Positions 1 through 9,688 of a DNA stretch of 64,000 bases are shown here, piece after piece; positions within the stretch are counted from its first letter, which is position 1, and the number at the start of each line of letters is the position of its first letter. Below the pieces are notes generated by a model that was not told where the DNA came from, ran no database searches, and was given only the letters and a program-made list of their open reading frames with translations. The translations under genes were made by a program, and so were the position numbers. The stretch lies in the NCBI GenBank assembly GCA_963765575.1, contig CAVXWZ010000001.1, positions 224,001 through 288,000 on the forward strand, given 5' to 3'. The stretch comes from an uncultured cyanobacterium (lineage in GTDB: Bacteria > Cyanobacteriota > Cyanobacteriia > PCC-6307 > Cyanobiaceae).

Positions 1-713
1 AAGTGGCTCACCGGCGCCGGGGCTTCCACCAGTCGGGCCGTGCGGGCGAAGAAGGTGTGGGAGCCGGTGGCGTAGACCAGGGCATCGGCCTCGCCGCGGC
101 GCAGGATCGACCCTGAGAGCACCGGATCGCCCCCCTGCCGCTCCACCGGCAGCGACTCGCCGGTGAGGGGAGACTGATCGACCTCGATCGCGTCCCCCGA
201 GAGCAGGCGGCAGTCGGCCGGGGCGATGTCGCCGATGCGCAGCCGGATCACATCGCCGGGCACCAGGTCCCGCGAGGGGACCACCACCCAGCTCCCGTCC
301 CGCAACACCAGGGCCTCCAGGGCCAGCTGGTCCTGGAGGGCAGCGATTTCGTTGCCCGCCTTGAACTCTTCCCAGAAGCCCACCAGGGCGTTGGCGCCGA
401 GCAGCACGAGGATCAGCGCCAGATCGTTCCAGTCGCGCAGCAGGGCCGAGAGCAGGGCCGCCAGCTCGATCATCCAGGCGATCGGACTCCACAGATGGCC
501 CAGCAGCAGCCGCCATGGCGCCACGGTGCGGCGGGGCAGCTCGTTGGGACCCCAGCGCCCCAGCCGCCGGGCGGCCTCCAGGGAGCTGAGACCCTGGGGG
601 CCGGTGCTCAGCCTTTGGATCAGATCCGCCAGCGCCAGGGTGGCCAGGTCAGCGTCGGGCCGCTCCTGCGGCTTTGCGGCAGGCGAAGCCCGGCTGCGGG
701 GCGCGGAGGGCAT
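1..713 (-). CDS. P-type ATPase, plasma-membrane H+-efflux type; N-terminal part, runs off the window
   Basis: Manual translation from ATG at 713 (not in the ORF track): GLSSLEAARRLGRWGPNEL, WSPIAWMIELAA, DLVPGDVIRLRIGDIAPAD, DQSPLTGESLPV (TGES actuator motif). Confidence 0.9.
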   Translation of the reverse strand, partial: MPSAPRSRASPAAKPQERPDADLATLALADLIQRLSTGPQGLSSLEAARRLGRWGPNELPRRTVAPWRLLLGHLWSPIAWMIELAALLSALLRDWNDLALILVLLGANALVGFWEEFKAGNEIAALQDQLALEALVLRDGSWVVVPSRDLVPGDVIRLRIGDIAPADCRLLSGDAIEVDQSPLTGESLPVERQGGDPVLSGSILRRGEADALVYATGSHTFFARTARLVEAPAPVSH

Positions 714-773
714 GGACTTCGGCAGGTCCAGGAATCATGCAGGCGGCCAGCGGCCCTGCTCGCGCTCGGGTGT

Positions 774-1205
774 TCAGATGTAGAACATCTGCAGCGGCTG
801 GGCCCGGGCCTGGCGCTCCTCGAGCAGCTGCTTGAGGGTGGTGGCGCTCAGGAGCCTGGCGCGGGCCTGCTCCAGCTCGCACTCCAGGGTGGCGATAACG
901 CTGAATTCCGGGGTGGAACGATCACCCTGACGCTGCCCATGTGCACTCCGCTGCAGGCAGGCGATCACCTCCGCCACGGTGATCTCGGCGGCGGGCCGGG
1001 CCAGCTGGTAGCCGCCGTGGGGGCCGCGGCTGCTGCGCAGCACCCCGGCCTTGCGCAGGCTGGTGAGCAGCTGCTCCAGGTAGCGGTCGGGGATGCCCTG
1101 GCGCCGGCAGATCTCGCCCACCTGGAGGGTGTGGCCCTGGGCCTGCACCGCGGCGAGCTCGATCAGGGCCACCAGGGCGTATTCGCTCTTGGCGCTGAAG
1201 GTCAT
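774..1205 (-). CDS. Rrf2 family transcriptional regulator
   Basis: MTFSAKSEYALVALIELA; IPDRYLEQLLTSLRKAGVLRSSRGPHGGYQLARP. Confidence 0.92.
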   Translation of the reverse strand: MTFSAKSEYALVALIELAAVQAQGHTLQVGEICRRQGIPDRYLEQLLTSLRKAGVLRSSRGPHGGYQLARPAAEITVAEVIACLQRSAHGQRQGDRSTPEFSVIATLECELEQARARLLSATTLKQLLEERQARAQPLQMFYI

Positions 1206-1352
1206 GGGCCCGCCGCCGGCCATCGCCGTCCCATCTTCTCAGCTGAACCCCGGTGGGCGGGTCGGGATTTTCTGGCGGGCGGGCCAGCGGCCGCTGGCGG
1301 CGCACCCAGGGATCCATCCATGGGAGGGTGAGTCCAGAGATCGACTGACCCC

Positions 1353-1799
1353 GTGCGCGCCGCCCTGGTGATCCTGCTGGTGATGGTGGCGCTGACGCTC
1401 TGCCTCAATCCCCGGCAAGCGGATTTCGCCTGGTTCCTGCGCCTGCGTCGCCCCGGCTGGCTCAGCTTTGAACCAGTGATCCCCCTGATCTGGTTGCTGA
1501 TCTACGGCTGTTTCTTCGTGTCGGCTCTGCTGGTGTGGAGGGCGAGCGGCCGTTGGGACCTGATGGCGGGCTACCTGCTGCTGCTGGTGCTGGTGCAGAG
1601 CTACACCTGGGTGATCTGTCGCACGCGCCGGCTGCGCCCCGGCACCGTTGTGGGTTTCCTCGGCTGGGTGTGGGGCATCGCTCTCACGATCGTGGTGGCC
1701 CGCGTGAGCGAACCAGGCTGGTTGCTTCTGATTCCCTATCTCCTCTGGAGCCCGGTGGGTACCTTCGTGACCTGGCAGATGCAGCGCCTCAACCGCTGA
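1353..1799 (+). CDS. TspO/MBR tryptophan-rich sensory protein
   Basis: Trp-rich multi-TM protein; LRRPGWL, LLLIPYLLW. Confidence 0.8.
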   Translation: MRAALVILLVMVALTLCLNPRQADFAWFLRLRRPGWLSFEPVIPLIWLLIYGCFFVSALLVWRASGRWDLMAGYLLLLVLVQSYTWVICRTRRLRPGTVVGFLGWVWGIALTIVVARVSEPGWLLLIPYLLWSPVGTFVTWQMQRLNR

Positions 1800-1895
1800 G
1801 GCCGGGAGCGATCAGCGCCGTCACGCTTTCGCCAAGCTGGACGTGATCGCCAGGTCCGTTGATTGGCTATGATCCGCATGTTGATGAATTGAACC

Positions 1896-2264
1896 ATGCT
1901 GACTGGACAGGAACTTCTCGCCCGGGTCAAAGAGCTCGGCGACGCTTCGAAATCGGAGCTCGTGCGCGAATGCGGTTACGTGAGCACCAAGAAAGACGGC
2001 AGTGAGCGGCTCAACTTCACGGCCTTCTACGAAGCCCTGCTGGAAGCCAAGGGCGTCAGCCTTGGCGATGGTGGCGGGCAGGGGCGTGGCAAAGGTGGCC
2101 GCAAGCTGAGCTACGTCACCAAGGTGCAGTTCAACGGCAATCTGCTGGTGGGCAAGGCCTACACCGCCCAGCTCGGCCTGCAGCCCGGTGATGAATTCGA
2201 GATCAAGCTGGGTCGCAAACAGATCAAGCTGATCCCGATCGGCGGCACCGACGAGGAGGAGTGA
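1896..2264 (+). CDS. Cyanobacterial AbrB-like transcriptional regulator
   Basis: LTGQELLARVKELGDASKSELVRECGY; GRKLSYVTKVQFNGNLLVGKAY; GDEFEIKLGRKQI. Confidence 0.9.
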   Translation: MLTGQELLARVKELGDASKSELVRECGYVSTKKDGSERLNFTAFYEALLEAKGVSLGDGGGQGRGKGGRKLSYVTKVQFNGNLLVGKAYTAQLGLQPGDEFEIKLGRKQIKLIPIGGTDEEE

Positions 2265-2605
2265 TCCCCTGCATCCCGATCCCGATGAATGGGATGACCT
2301 GCCCGGGGATCGTGGGCTCTCCCTGCCCATGCGCCTGTTGGCACTGTTGGGGGCGTTCGCTTTTGTGATGATCGGCCTCAGCAGTGTCGTGCCGCTGCTG
2401 AGGCCGCCGCCACCGCCACCGCTGCCGGGGCAGAACCGGGGCCCGATGGCCTGAGCTGGGGCGGCGCCCCTAGCCTGGGTGTGGCGCGCCGCGCTTCCCG
2501 AGATCCCCGCAACCGGTCAGACGCATCACCATCGGCATCCTTCTCAGCACTGTTTTCAACACCCGGCTCAATACCCTGCTGAGCTCCCTTGCGCCGCTGA
2601 TTTCG

Positions 2606-3430
2606 GTGCCGTCCCAGGTGTGTCCCTCGCTCACCTGCCCGGATCTTGAGCTGATCAGCCACGCCTGGGGCACACCGGCGCTGCTGCTCGACGCCCTGCT
2701 GGTGTTTGTGGTGATTCTGGCCCGGTATTTTCTGGCGGCTGGAGGATCCTGGTGGCTGCTGCGGCGCTGGAGCAGCAACGGCGCCCCAGCGCCATCCCCA
2801 CGCCAACGTCAGCGCTATGGCGAGGGGATCCGCCACGACATCCGGCTGTCGGTGTTGTCCGCCGCCGTGTTCGCGCTGTGTGCGGGCGCCGTGCTGGGGT
2901 TGCAGGCCCATGGCCTCACCCGTCTGTACGCCAGGCCTGATGCCTACGGCTGGTGGTTCATCGTGGTGAGCTATCTGGCGGTGCTGGTGCTGCAGGACAC
3001 CGTGTTCTATGCCACCCATCGCCTCTTTCACCATCCAGCGCTCTACCGCTGGTGCCACCACGGCCATCACCGCTCAGTCCATCCCACCCCCTGGACCTCC
3101 TTCGCCTTCGATCCCCCCGAGGCCCTGGTGCAGGCCCTGTTCCTGGTGCTGGTGGTGGTGCTGCTGCCGCTGCACCTGATCACCCTGCTGGCGGTGTTGA
3201 GCACCATGACGGTGTGGGCGATCGTGAACCATGTGGACCTCGACGATCTGCCGCGCCGCTTCCCCCACCATCTCTTTGGTCGCTGGCTGATTGGCCCGGC
3301 CCACCACAACCTGCACCACCAGCACCCGGACCGGCATTTCGGCCTCTACTTCACCTTCTGGGACTGGTGCTGCGGCACCGAGGATCCCGACTACGCCAGC
3401 GGTCTGCGGCGCGAGTCGACCGCTACTTGA
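2606..3430 (+). CDS. Sterol desaturase / fatty acid hydroxylase family protein
   Basis: His boxes HRLFH, HHGHH, HHNLHH; HFGLYFTFWD. Confidence 0.88.
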   Translation: MPSQVCPSLTCPDLELISHAWGTPALLLDALLVFVVILARYFLAAGGSWWLLRRWSSNGAPAPSPRQRQRYGEGIRHDIRLSVLSAAVFALCAGAVLGLQAHGLTRLYARPDAYGWWFIVVSYLAVLVLQDTVFYATHRLFHHPALYRWCHHGHHRSVHPTPWTSFAFDPPEALVQALFLVLVVVLLPLHLITLLAVLSTMTVWAIVNHVDLDDLPRRFPHHLFGRWLIGPAHHNLHHQHPDRHFGLYFTFWDWCCGTEDPDYASGLRRESTAT

Positions 3431-4109
3431 GCAGCTCCGGAAAGCTGGAGCGGAACTGCTGCAGCTTGGGCAGATCGTGGATCACCACATAGGGATGGCG
3501 CGGATTGCGGCGCACGAAATCCTGGTGGTAGGGCTCGGCGGGGAAAAAGCTGTCGCTGGCTTCGATCGTGGTGACGATCGGCTGCGCAAAGCTGCCGCTG
3601 GCCCCGAGCTGTTCGATGTAGGCGCGGGCCAGCTGCTGCAGCTGCGGGTCGGCGGTGAAGATCGCCGAGCGGTACTGCTCGCCCACGTCGGGGCCCTGGC
3701 GGTTGAGCTGGGTGGGGTCGTGGGCCACGGCAAAGAACACCTTCAGCAATTCCCCGTAGCTCACCTCAGCGGGGTCGTAGGTGATGCGGATGCCCTCGGC
3801 ATGGCCGCTGCGGCCCGTGCTCACCTGGGTGTAGTTGGCCGTCTCCCGGCTGCCGCCCGCGTAGCCCGTCTGCACCCGGCTGACGCCGCGAATCTCCTCG
3901 AAGATCGCCTCCAGCCCCCAGAAGCAGCCGCCGGCCAGCAGGGCGGTGCGCTCGGCGCCGGGCTGGCGGCCGGGATCGAGGGCCGGGTCGGGGAGCTCCG
4001 CGGCCCGGGCTGAGGCCCCGGGCGGGGGCAGCGGGTTGTGGCGCAGCACCGGCAGGGCCAGCAGTCCGGCCGCGGCGGCCAGCAGCGGAAGCAGCAGCTT
4101 GGGGCGCAT
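3423..4109 (-). CDS. msrA: Peptide methionine sulfoxide reductase A with N-terminal signal/anchor
   Basis: AGGCFWGLE, GYAGG, HDPTQLNRQGPDVGEQYRS, AEPYHQ. Confidence 0.95.
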   Translation of the reverse strand: MRPKLLLPLLAAAAGLLALPVLRHNPLPPPGASARAAELPDPALDPGRQPGAERTALLAGGCFWGLEAIFEEIRGVSRVQTGYAGGSRETANYTQVSTGRSGHAEGIRITYDPAEVSYGELLKVFFAVAHDPTQLNRQGPDVGEQYRSAIFTADPQLQQLARAYIEQLGASGSFAQPIVTTIEASDSFFPAEPYHQDFVRRNPRHPYVVIHDLPKLQQFRSSFPELLK

Positions 4110-4172
4110 GGTGAGGGGGCGCGTCTGCCTGTTCTACCGGCGGGCTGGCCGGATGGATGGCCGGGGTGGGGA

Positions 4173-5858
4173 TCAGGCCGCCGGCGCCACCCGCTCCAGG
4201 GCCTCCAGCCTGGAGCCCACCACCTCCACGGCCGGGTGGGCATCGAGCCCGAGGCGGTGCAGGCGGGCGACCTGGAGGGGATCGCGGGCGGCGATCCACA
4301 CCCGCCGCTGCTGGCGAGCGGCGTCCTGGCAGATCGCCTCGATCGCCAGTGAGGCGGTGACGCCCAGATGGGTGACGTTGGCGAAATCCAGAATCAAGGT
4401 GCCGTAGGCGCTGCTGCCGGTGAGCAGCTGGGTGAGGTAGCGGCTGGAGCCGAAACTCAGCGGTCCGGCGAAGGACAGCAGCAGCACGTCCTGGCCACCC
4501 CGATCCAGCAGCTCCTGCTCCAGGGGGCTGAGCTCGCCTGTGGGTGCGGCGCCGCCGCGCAGCTGGCGGCTGGTGCGGGCCAGGGCCTCGGCCTGGCCCT
4601 GGATGGTGAGCACATTGGCCACGAACACGCCGATCACCACGGCGGTGACCAGATCCCAGAACACCGTGAGCAGCAGCACCAGCCACATCAGGCCGGCGGT
4701 GCGCCAGGAGAGCAGCGGAGCCCGGGCGATGAAGGCCCAGTCGATGATCTCGATGCCCACGTGCAGCAGGATCCCGGCCAGCACCGCCAGCGGAATCGGG
4801 CTGGCCAGCCCGCCGGCTCCGAGGGTGAGCAGCAGCAGCACCAGGCTGTGGATCATCCCCGAGAGCGGCGTGCGGCCACCGGCCTGCACGTTGGTGACGG
4901 TGCGCATCGTGGCGCCGGCGCCCGGCAGGCCCCCCAGCAGGGCGGTGGCCATGTTGCCGATGCCCTGGCCGATCAGTTCCCGGTCGGACCTGTGCTGGGT
5001 GCGGGTGATGTTGTCGGCCACCAGGGAGGTGAGCAGGGAGTCGATCGAACCCAGCACCCCGAGGGTGAAGGCGTAGCCGCCGAGCAGGCGCAGGTCGTTG
5101 AAGGCCAGCTGGGGCCAGCGCAGGCTGGGCAGGCCCTGGGGGATGGCGCCGAGCCGGGGCAGGGCGGCGGCGGGCAGCAGCAGGCTGAGCAGGGTGAGCG
5201 CCAGCAGGGCCACCAGTGGGGCCGGCAGCAGGGTGCTCCAGCGGCGCGGGTAGAGGCGCACCAGGGCGAAGCTGGCGGCACCGAAGGCCAGGGCCCAGGC
5301 GCTCATCTGCCCCAGCGCCCCGGGCAGCGCCAGCAGGATCTGGGGCACCGAGCCCCGCAGGCTCAGACCCAGCAGGGCCGGCACCTGCAGCACCACGATG
5401 ATCGTGCCGATGCCGGACATGAAGCCGGAGATCACCGAGTAGGGCATCAGGGTGATGTATTGCCCCAGGCGCAGCACCCCGAACAGCACCTGCAAGCCGC
5501 CGGCCAGCAGGGCCACGGTGAAGGCCATCGCCAGCCCCGCCTCGGCGCCGTAGCGGGCGCCCAGCAGGGTGATGATGCCGGCCATGATCACGGTCATGGG
5601 CCCGGTGGGACCGGACACCTGGGCCGGCGTGCCACCCAGCGGTGCGGCGATCAGTCCGAGCACGATCGCGCCCCACAGGCCGGCGATGGCCCCGGCGCCG
5701 GAGGCCACACCGAAGGCCAGGGCCAGGGGCAGCGCCACCACGGCGGTGGTGACCCCGCCGCTGAGGTCGCCGCGCCAGTGCTCCAGCAGGGTTCGCCGCC
5801 AGGTGCGGCTGGTTTTCAGGCTGCGCGCCTGGGGCGGCTCACGGAAAGGGGAACGCAT
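4173..5858 (-). CDS. SulP family anion (BicA-like bicarbonate) transporter with STAS domain
   Basis: GDLSGGVTTAVVALPLALAFGVASG, QVSGPTGPM, GAGATMRT, C-terminal STAS-like region. Confidence 0.92.
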   Translation of the reverse strand: MRSPFREPPQARSLKTSRTWRRTLLEHWRGDLSGGVTTAVVALPLALAFGVASGAGAIAGLWGAIVLGLIAAPLGGTPAQVSGPTGPMTVIMAGIITLLGARYGAEAGLAMAFTVALLAGGLQVLFGVLRLGQYITLMPYSVISGFMSGIGTIIVVLQVPALLGLSLRGSVPQILLALPGALGQMSAWALAFGAASFALVRLYPRRWSTLLPAPLVALLALTLLSLLLPAAALPRLGAIPQGLPSLRWPQLAFNDLRLLGGYAFTLGVLGSIDSLLTSLVADNITRTQHRSDRELIGQGIGNMATALLGGLPGAGATMRTVTNVQAGGRTPLSGMIHSLVLLLLTLGAGGLASPIPLAVLAGILLHVGIEIIDWAFIARAPLLSWRTAGLMWLVLLLTVFWDLVTAVVIGVFVANVLTIQGQAEALARTSRQLRGGAAPTGELSPLEQELLDRGGQDVLLLSFAGPLSFGSSRYLTQLLTGSSAYGTLILDFANVTHLGVTASLAIEAICQDAARQQRRVWIAARDPLQVARLHRLGLDAHPAVEVVGSRLEALERVAPAA

Positions 5859-5920
5859 GCCGCGGGCACGACCTCAGGACGCCCACCATCGATAGGTGCG
5901 CGGGGCGCCGCTGCCAACCA

Positions 5921-6562
5921 ATGACGAACCGCGCCAGCGGCGCCAAGCCGCAGCCCCGGGGCGCCAGGGTGGGAGGCAGAGCCTTATCCCCCTCCAGAAC
6001 CGTGGCCGCCGTCGTCCCCGCCACCGCCGTCGAGGTGCTGCACTTCTGGTTTGCGCAGACCACCCCCCAGCAGTGGTTCGTGAAGGATCGGGCCTTCGAT
6101 GCCTTGGTGCGCGACCAGTTCATCGCCCTCACCCGCCAGGCCCTGGCCAGCGATCTGGGCGCCTGGGGCGCTACGGCGGCCGACGGCCTGGCGCTGGTGC
6201 TGGTGCTGGATCAGTTCCCCCGCCAGATCTGGCGCGACACGGCGATGGCCTTCGCCGGCGATGGCCAGGCCCTGGCCTTGAGCCAGGCGGCGCTGGAGCA
6301 GGGCTGGGTGGACAGCGAACCGCAGCAGGCGCGGCGGCAGTTTTGGTTGATGCCGCTGATGCACAGCGAGGATCTGGCCGTGCAGGAGGCGGCGATACCG
6401 CTGTTTGAGCGCTTCTGCGATCCCCGCAGCGCCGACTTCGCCCGCCGCCACCGGGATGTGATCGCCCGCTTCGGGCGCTTCCCCCACCGCAACGCCGTGC
6501 TGGGGCGGGTGTCGGGCGCCGAGGAACTGGCCTTCCTGCAGACCCCCAGCTCGCGTTTCTGA
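5921..6562 (+). CDS. DUF924 family protein
   Basis: VLHFWF, LDQFPRQIWR, MPLMHSE, IARFGRFPHRNAVLGR; start uncertain. Confidence 0.9.
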   Translation: MTNRASGAKPQPRGARVGGRALSPSRTVAAVVPATAVEVLHFWFAQTTPQQWFVKDRAFDALVRDQFIALTRQALASDLGAWGATAADGLALVLVLDQFPRQIWRDTAMAFAGDGQALALSQAALEQGWVDSEPQQARRQFWLMPLMHSEDLAVQEAAIPLFERFCDPRSADFARRHRDVIARFGRFPHRNAVLGRVSGAEELAFLQTPSSRF

Positions 6563-6639
6563 GCCCAGGGGCTCCGCAGCCAGCAGCCAGCAGCCTGTTG
6601 CCCGGTCCTGGTGATCAGGACGCACGGGCGTCTGCGCGG

Positions 6640-7068
6640 TCAGGAACTGACGGTTCGCCCCGCCAGCCAGCGGCGCGTGAGGCTGAAGCTGGCTGACATC
6701 AGCACCAGGCCAAGGAGCAGGGTGCTGAGCAGCACACCGAGACTTTGGGCGCGATGTCCCTGCTGCAGGGTCATGGTGAGCTGCAGCATCCAGGAGGAGA
6801 AGGTGGTGAGCGAGCCGCAGAAGCCGATGCCGGCCCACAGGAAGACCCGCTGATGCCGGGGCGGAAGTGCCAGCACCAGGCCCATCAGCAGGCAGCCGAG
6901 CATGTTGGCGGCGAAATCCCCCTCGATCACGCCGCGCAGGCCACCGCTGAGCCGCTCGCCCAGCAGCTCGCAACCCCAGCGGGTCAGGGCCCCCGGGATG
7001 GCTCCGAGGGCCACCAGGGTGAGATCGCGCACCTCCCGGCGCAGCAGGCCAAGGGATGGAGCGGTCAT
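6640..7068 (-). CDS. crcB: Fluoride channel Fluc/CrcB
   Basis: GAIPGALTRW, ANMLGC, GFCGSLTTFSS. Confidence 0.9.
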   Translation of the reverse strand: MTAPSLGLLRREVRDLTLVALGAIPGALTRWGCELLGERLSGGLRGVIEGDFAANMLGCLLMGLVLALPPRHQRVFLWAGIGFCGSLTTFSSWMLQLTMTLQQGHRAQSLGVLLSTLLLGLVLMSASFSLTRRWLAGRTVSS

Positions 7069-7508
7069 GGGGCCGCGCCCAGCCAGAGGCCCGCCGCCAC
7101 TGCCAGCAGCCCGAACAGGACCGAGCCTCCGGCGAGCAGGCCGGCCTGCCACCAGTTCTTCTGCAGGAGCACGACGCGCCACTCGCCGATGAAGCTGGAG
7201 AGGGTGCTGAAGCTGCCAAGAAAGCCCGTTCCCAGCAGCAGCAGCAACCTCCTGGACGCCTCGCCGCAGCTCTGCTCCAGGGCCACGATCAGCCCCAGCG
7301 CGAAACAGGCGATCACGTTGATGCCGAACGTGCCCCAGTGTTTGCGGGGGAGCATGGGCTGGAGATGGTCCACCACCCGGAAGCGCAACCAGGCGGCGGG
7401 CACGGCGCCGATGGCGATCAGCAGCGCGTCTGCAGAGGGTGCCAATGTCGCCAACCCTGATCGCCTGCTCTGCCCACCCAGTGTGCTGAGCTTCGGTGGC
7501 AACGCCAA
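7065..7508 (-). CDS. crcB: Fluoride channel Fluc/CrcB, second gene of the pair
   Basis: GAVPAAWLRF, GTFGINVIAC, GFLGSFSTLSS; 4-nt overlap with partner; start uncertain. Confidence 0.88.
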   Translation of the reverse strand: MALPPKLSTLGGQSRRSGLATLAPSADALLIAIGAVPAAWLRFRVVDHLQPMLPRKHWGTFGINVIACFALGLIVALEQSCGEASRRLLLLLGTGFLGSFSTLSSFIGEWRVVLLQKNWWQAGLLAGGSVLFGLLAVAAGLWLGAAP

Positions 7509-7567
7509 CCGATTGGCGCGGCCACGCTGCTGCAGCCAGGCGCGCCTGGGCAGCCCCAGAGCCCGAC

Positions 7568-8443
7568 CTAGAGCCGGCTCAACGCCGCATCCAGGCCCTC
7601 AGTGACAGCCGCCAGAAAGGGCAGATCGAGCGTGTCGATGGTGTCGCTCATCAGGTGGTAATTGGGATTGCGCATGAAGGAGGTGTCGGTGACCATCACG
7701 GCGTCGTAACCGGCATCCCAGAAGGGGCTGTGATCGGAGAGGCGTACATCGGGGATGGCGCGGCCGCCATCGGGCACCGGCAGCACCTTGGTCTTGACGT
7801 GCTGTCCCATGGGCCTGGCCAGCTGGGGCAGGGTGAGGGCGGCAGCGGCGTTGCCCACCACGGCGATGAAGTCGCCGACATCGCCATAGATCCGGCGCAA
7901 GGCCGGCAGCGGATAGTCCTGGGTGGGGCTGGTGTAACCGAGCATCTCCAGACTCACCATCAGCCGCAGCTGCAGGCCGGCCTGCCGGAGTTCCCGGGCC
8001 AGGGCCTTGCTGCCGAGCATGCCCCACTCCTCCTGATCGAAGGCCACCAGCCACACGGGCCGCCGCGGTGGTGACTGCCGCCAGCGGCTGGCCAGCTCCA
8101 GCAGGGCGGCGACACCGGTGGCGTTGTCGTCGGCGCCGATCGAGTGCAGGGGGCCGTCGTAGTGGGCGCCGATGAGCAGCGGCTCGAGCTCGGGGTGCTG
8201 GCCGGGGAGCTTGAGGACCAGGTTGGTGCCGGCCTCGAGGCCTTCCTGGAAGGGGTGCTCCTCCACCTCCCCCACGGCTTCGAGCTGATCATGGATGAAG
8301 GCGCGCACACTCATCAGACCCAGCCGGTCCCACTGGGCGTGGCGGGGCCGGGCGAGTTGCTCGAGGTGGCTGAGCAGGCGCTGCTGAAGGGTTTGGATCA
8401 AACGGGTGGTTGGGGTGAGTGTGTGGTGCTGAGGGGCCGCCAT
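7568..8443 (-). CDS. M28 family peptidase
   Basis: IGAHYD, GADDNATG, FDQEEWGMLGS, SDHSPFW, NPNYH. Confidence 0.92.
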   Translation of the reverse strand: MAAPQHHTLTPTTRLIQTLQQRLLSHLEQLARPRHAQWDRLGLMSVRAFIHDQLEAVGEVEEHPFQEGLEAGTNLVLKLPGQHPELEPLLIGAHYDGPLHSIGADDNATGVAALLELASRWRQSPPRRPVWLVAFDQEEWGMLGSKALARELRQAGLQLRLMVSLEMLGYTSPTQDYPLPALRRIYGDVGDFIAVVGNAAAALTLPQLARPMGQHVKTKVLPVPDGGRAIPDVRLSDHSPFWDAGYDAVMVTDTSFMRNPNYHLMSDTIDTLDLPFLAAVTEGLDAALSRL

Positions 8444-8582
8444 GGCCTGGCCATCGCCCCAGGTCGGGGCGCTGCCTCGTGTGGGCGAGCGTTGTGGCGG
8501 CTCGGAGCGCTCCTGCCCCCTTACAAGGTGAGCCAGGAACCAGGCGCTCCGAACGGCACCCGTGCCTGCCGCGACTGAGTGC

Positions 8583-8894
8583 TCAGCCCGCGCCAGCCGC
8601 CATGAACCGCACCGGCCCGGGGTAGGTCGCCAGCTGGGCCACCGCCAGGGCATGGCGGGCCTCGATCGGTAACTCCGCCCATCCCTCATCCAGCAGGGCC
8701 CGGCGCAGCACGGCGGGCTGCAGAGTGAAGTCAGGCCGCCCCAGGGCTTGCTTGATCACCAGCTCCCACAGGCTGGCGACGCTGAACACCGGGGTATTGA
8801 GCGGGTCTTCCAGCATCGGCGCCAGACCGGCGGGCAGCCGCTGGGGTGATCCCATCGCCCACACCAGCAGGTGTGTGTCCAGCAGCAGATGCAT
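8583..8894 (-). pseudogene. vapC: VapC/PIN toxin with apparent in-frame internal deletion
   Basis: LLLDTHLLVW and SVASLWELVIK present; the family's HxDPFDR segment is missing between AVAQL and ATYPGP. Confidence 0.7.
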
Positions 8895-8902
8895 GGCGCT
8901 GC

Positions 8903-9162
8903 TCAGTGGTGGTGCCGGGAACCTTCGAACAGATCCGCGATCTCGCCGGCGGCCATCCGATCGAAGTCGTCGGGCACCTGGCACTGGCCCTGCAGCAGGC
9001 CCAGGCGTCGTCGCGGCGCCGGTGCGGAGCTGGGGTCATCCAGGGCGGTGACGCGCACCATCGGCCGGCCGGCCTTGCAGATCACGAACCCCTCCCCCCC
9101 GCCGCCTCTTCCACCAGGCGGGAGAGGTGCGTCTTGGCTTCGTGCATGTTCACCTGACGCAT
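8903..9162 (-). CDS. Phd/YefM antitoxin, frameshifted in a G-run near 9095-9100
   Basis: MRQVNMHEAKTHLSRLVEEAA, then another frame gives FVICKAGRPMVRV...RRLGLLQGQCQVPDDFD. Confidence 0.82.
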
Positions 9163-9191
9163 GGCCGGCAGCCCAGGATGGCCTCGCTCAG

Positions 9192-9205
9192 CTTAGTCGA
9201 CCAAG
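9192..9205. promoter_or_regulatory. Candidate TA operator
   Basis: Imperfect palindrome CTTAGTCGACCAAG about 30 bp upstream of the antitoxin start, overlapping a minus-strand TAAGCT -10-like hexamer. Confidence 0.45.
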
Positions 9206-9416
9206 TCTTGGCCTCCGCAAGGCGTTGTGCCTGGCCGTGCCTCAGGCCGGGGAGGGTGCAGGCGTCCGGGAGCGCCTTCGATCGCAGCGATCCCAGGCTC
9301 GGCGTCGAGCACTCCGAGATCTCCCGCTGTCCCCTACCGCTGCAGCCGGGGAGCAGCTGCCATGTCGATCAACGACCAAGGGAGAATTCAGCCGGGCCTC
9401 CTGGAGGACATGCGCA

Positions 9417-9596
9417 TCAGCCCCCAAGCTTGCGATCCAGCAACTGCGTGATCACGTAGACACCGATAAACATCGGCAGGTAGGCAATCCACATGTTGGG
9501 AAGGTTCAGCTCTGAATTGTTGATCAGAACCAGCCCGCCGTAGCTGATGACCCCATAGATCAAGGCTCTGCGCAACGGTCCGGCAATCTTCTTCAC
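9417..9596 (-). CDS. Small two-TM hypothetical protein (59 aa)
   Basis: Manual translation from GTG: MKKIAGPLRRALIYGVISYGGLVLINNSELNLPNMWIAYLPMFIGVYVITQLLDRKLGG. Confidence 0.65.
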   Translation of the reverse strand: MKKIAGPLRRALIYGVISYGGLVLINNSELNLPNMWIAYLPMFIGVYVITQLLDRKLGG

Positions 9597-9688
9597 GGGA
9601 AATTCACCACTGGCGTCACTTCATCCTATCGGCGGTAGAACGATGAAGCCCCGGACAACTCTTCCTGGGCGCCCGGTCGGGGCCGAAC

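Noticed and set aside
7509..7567. Fluoride riboswitch upstream of the crcB pair
   Set aside because: No GGCGATGG...CGCC-type core seen in the short upstream gap.
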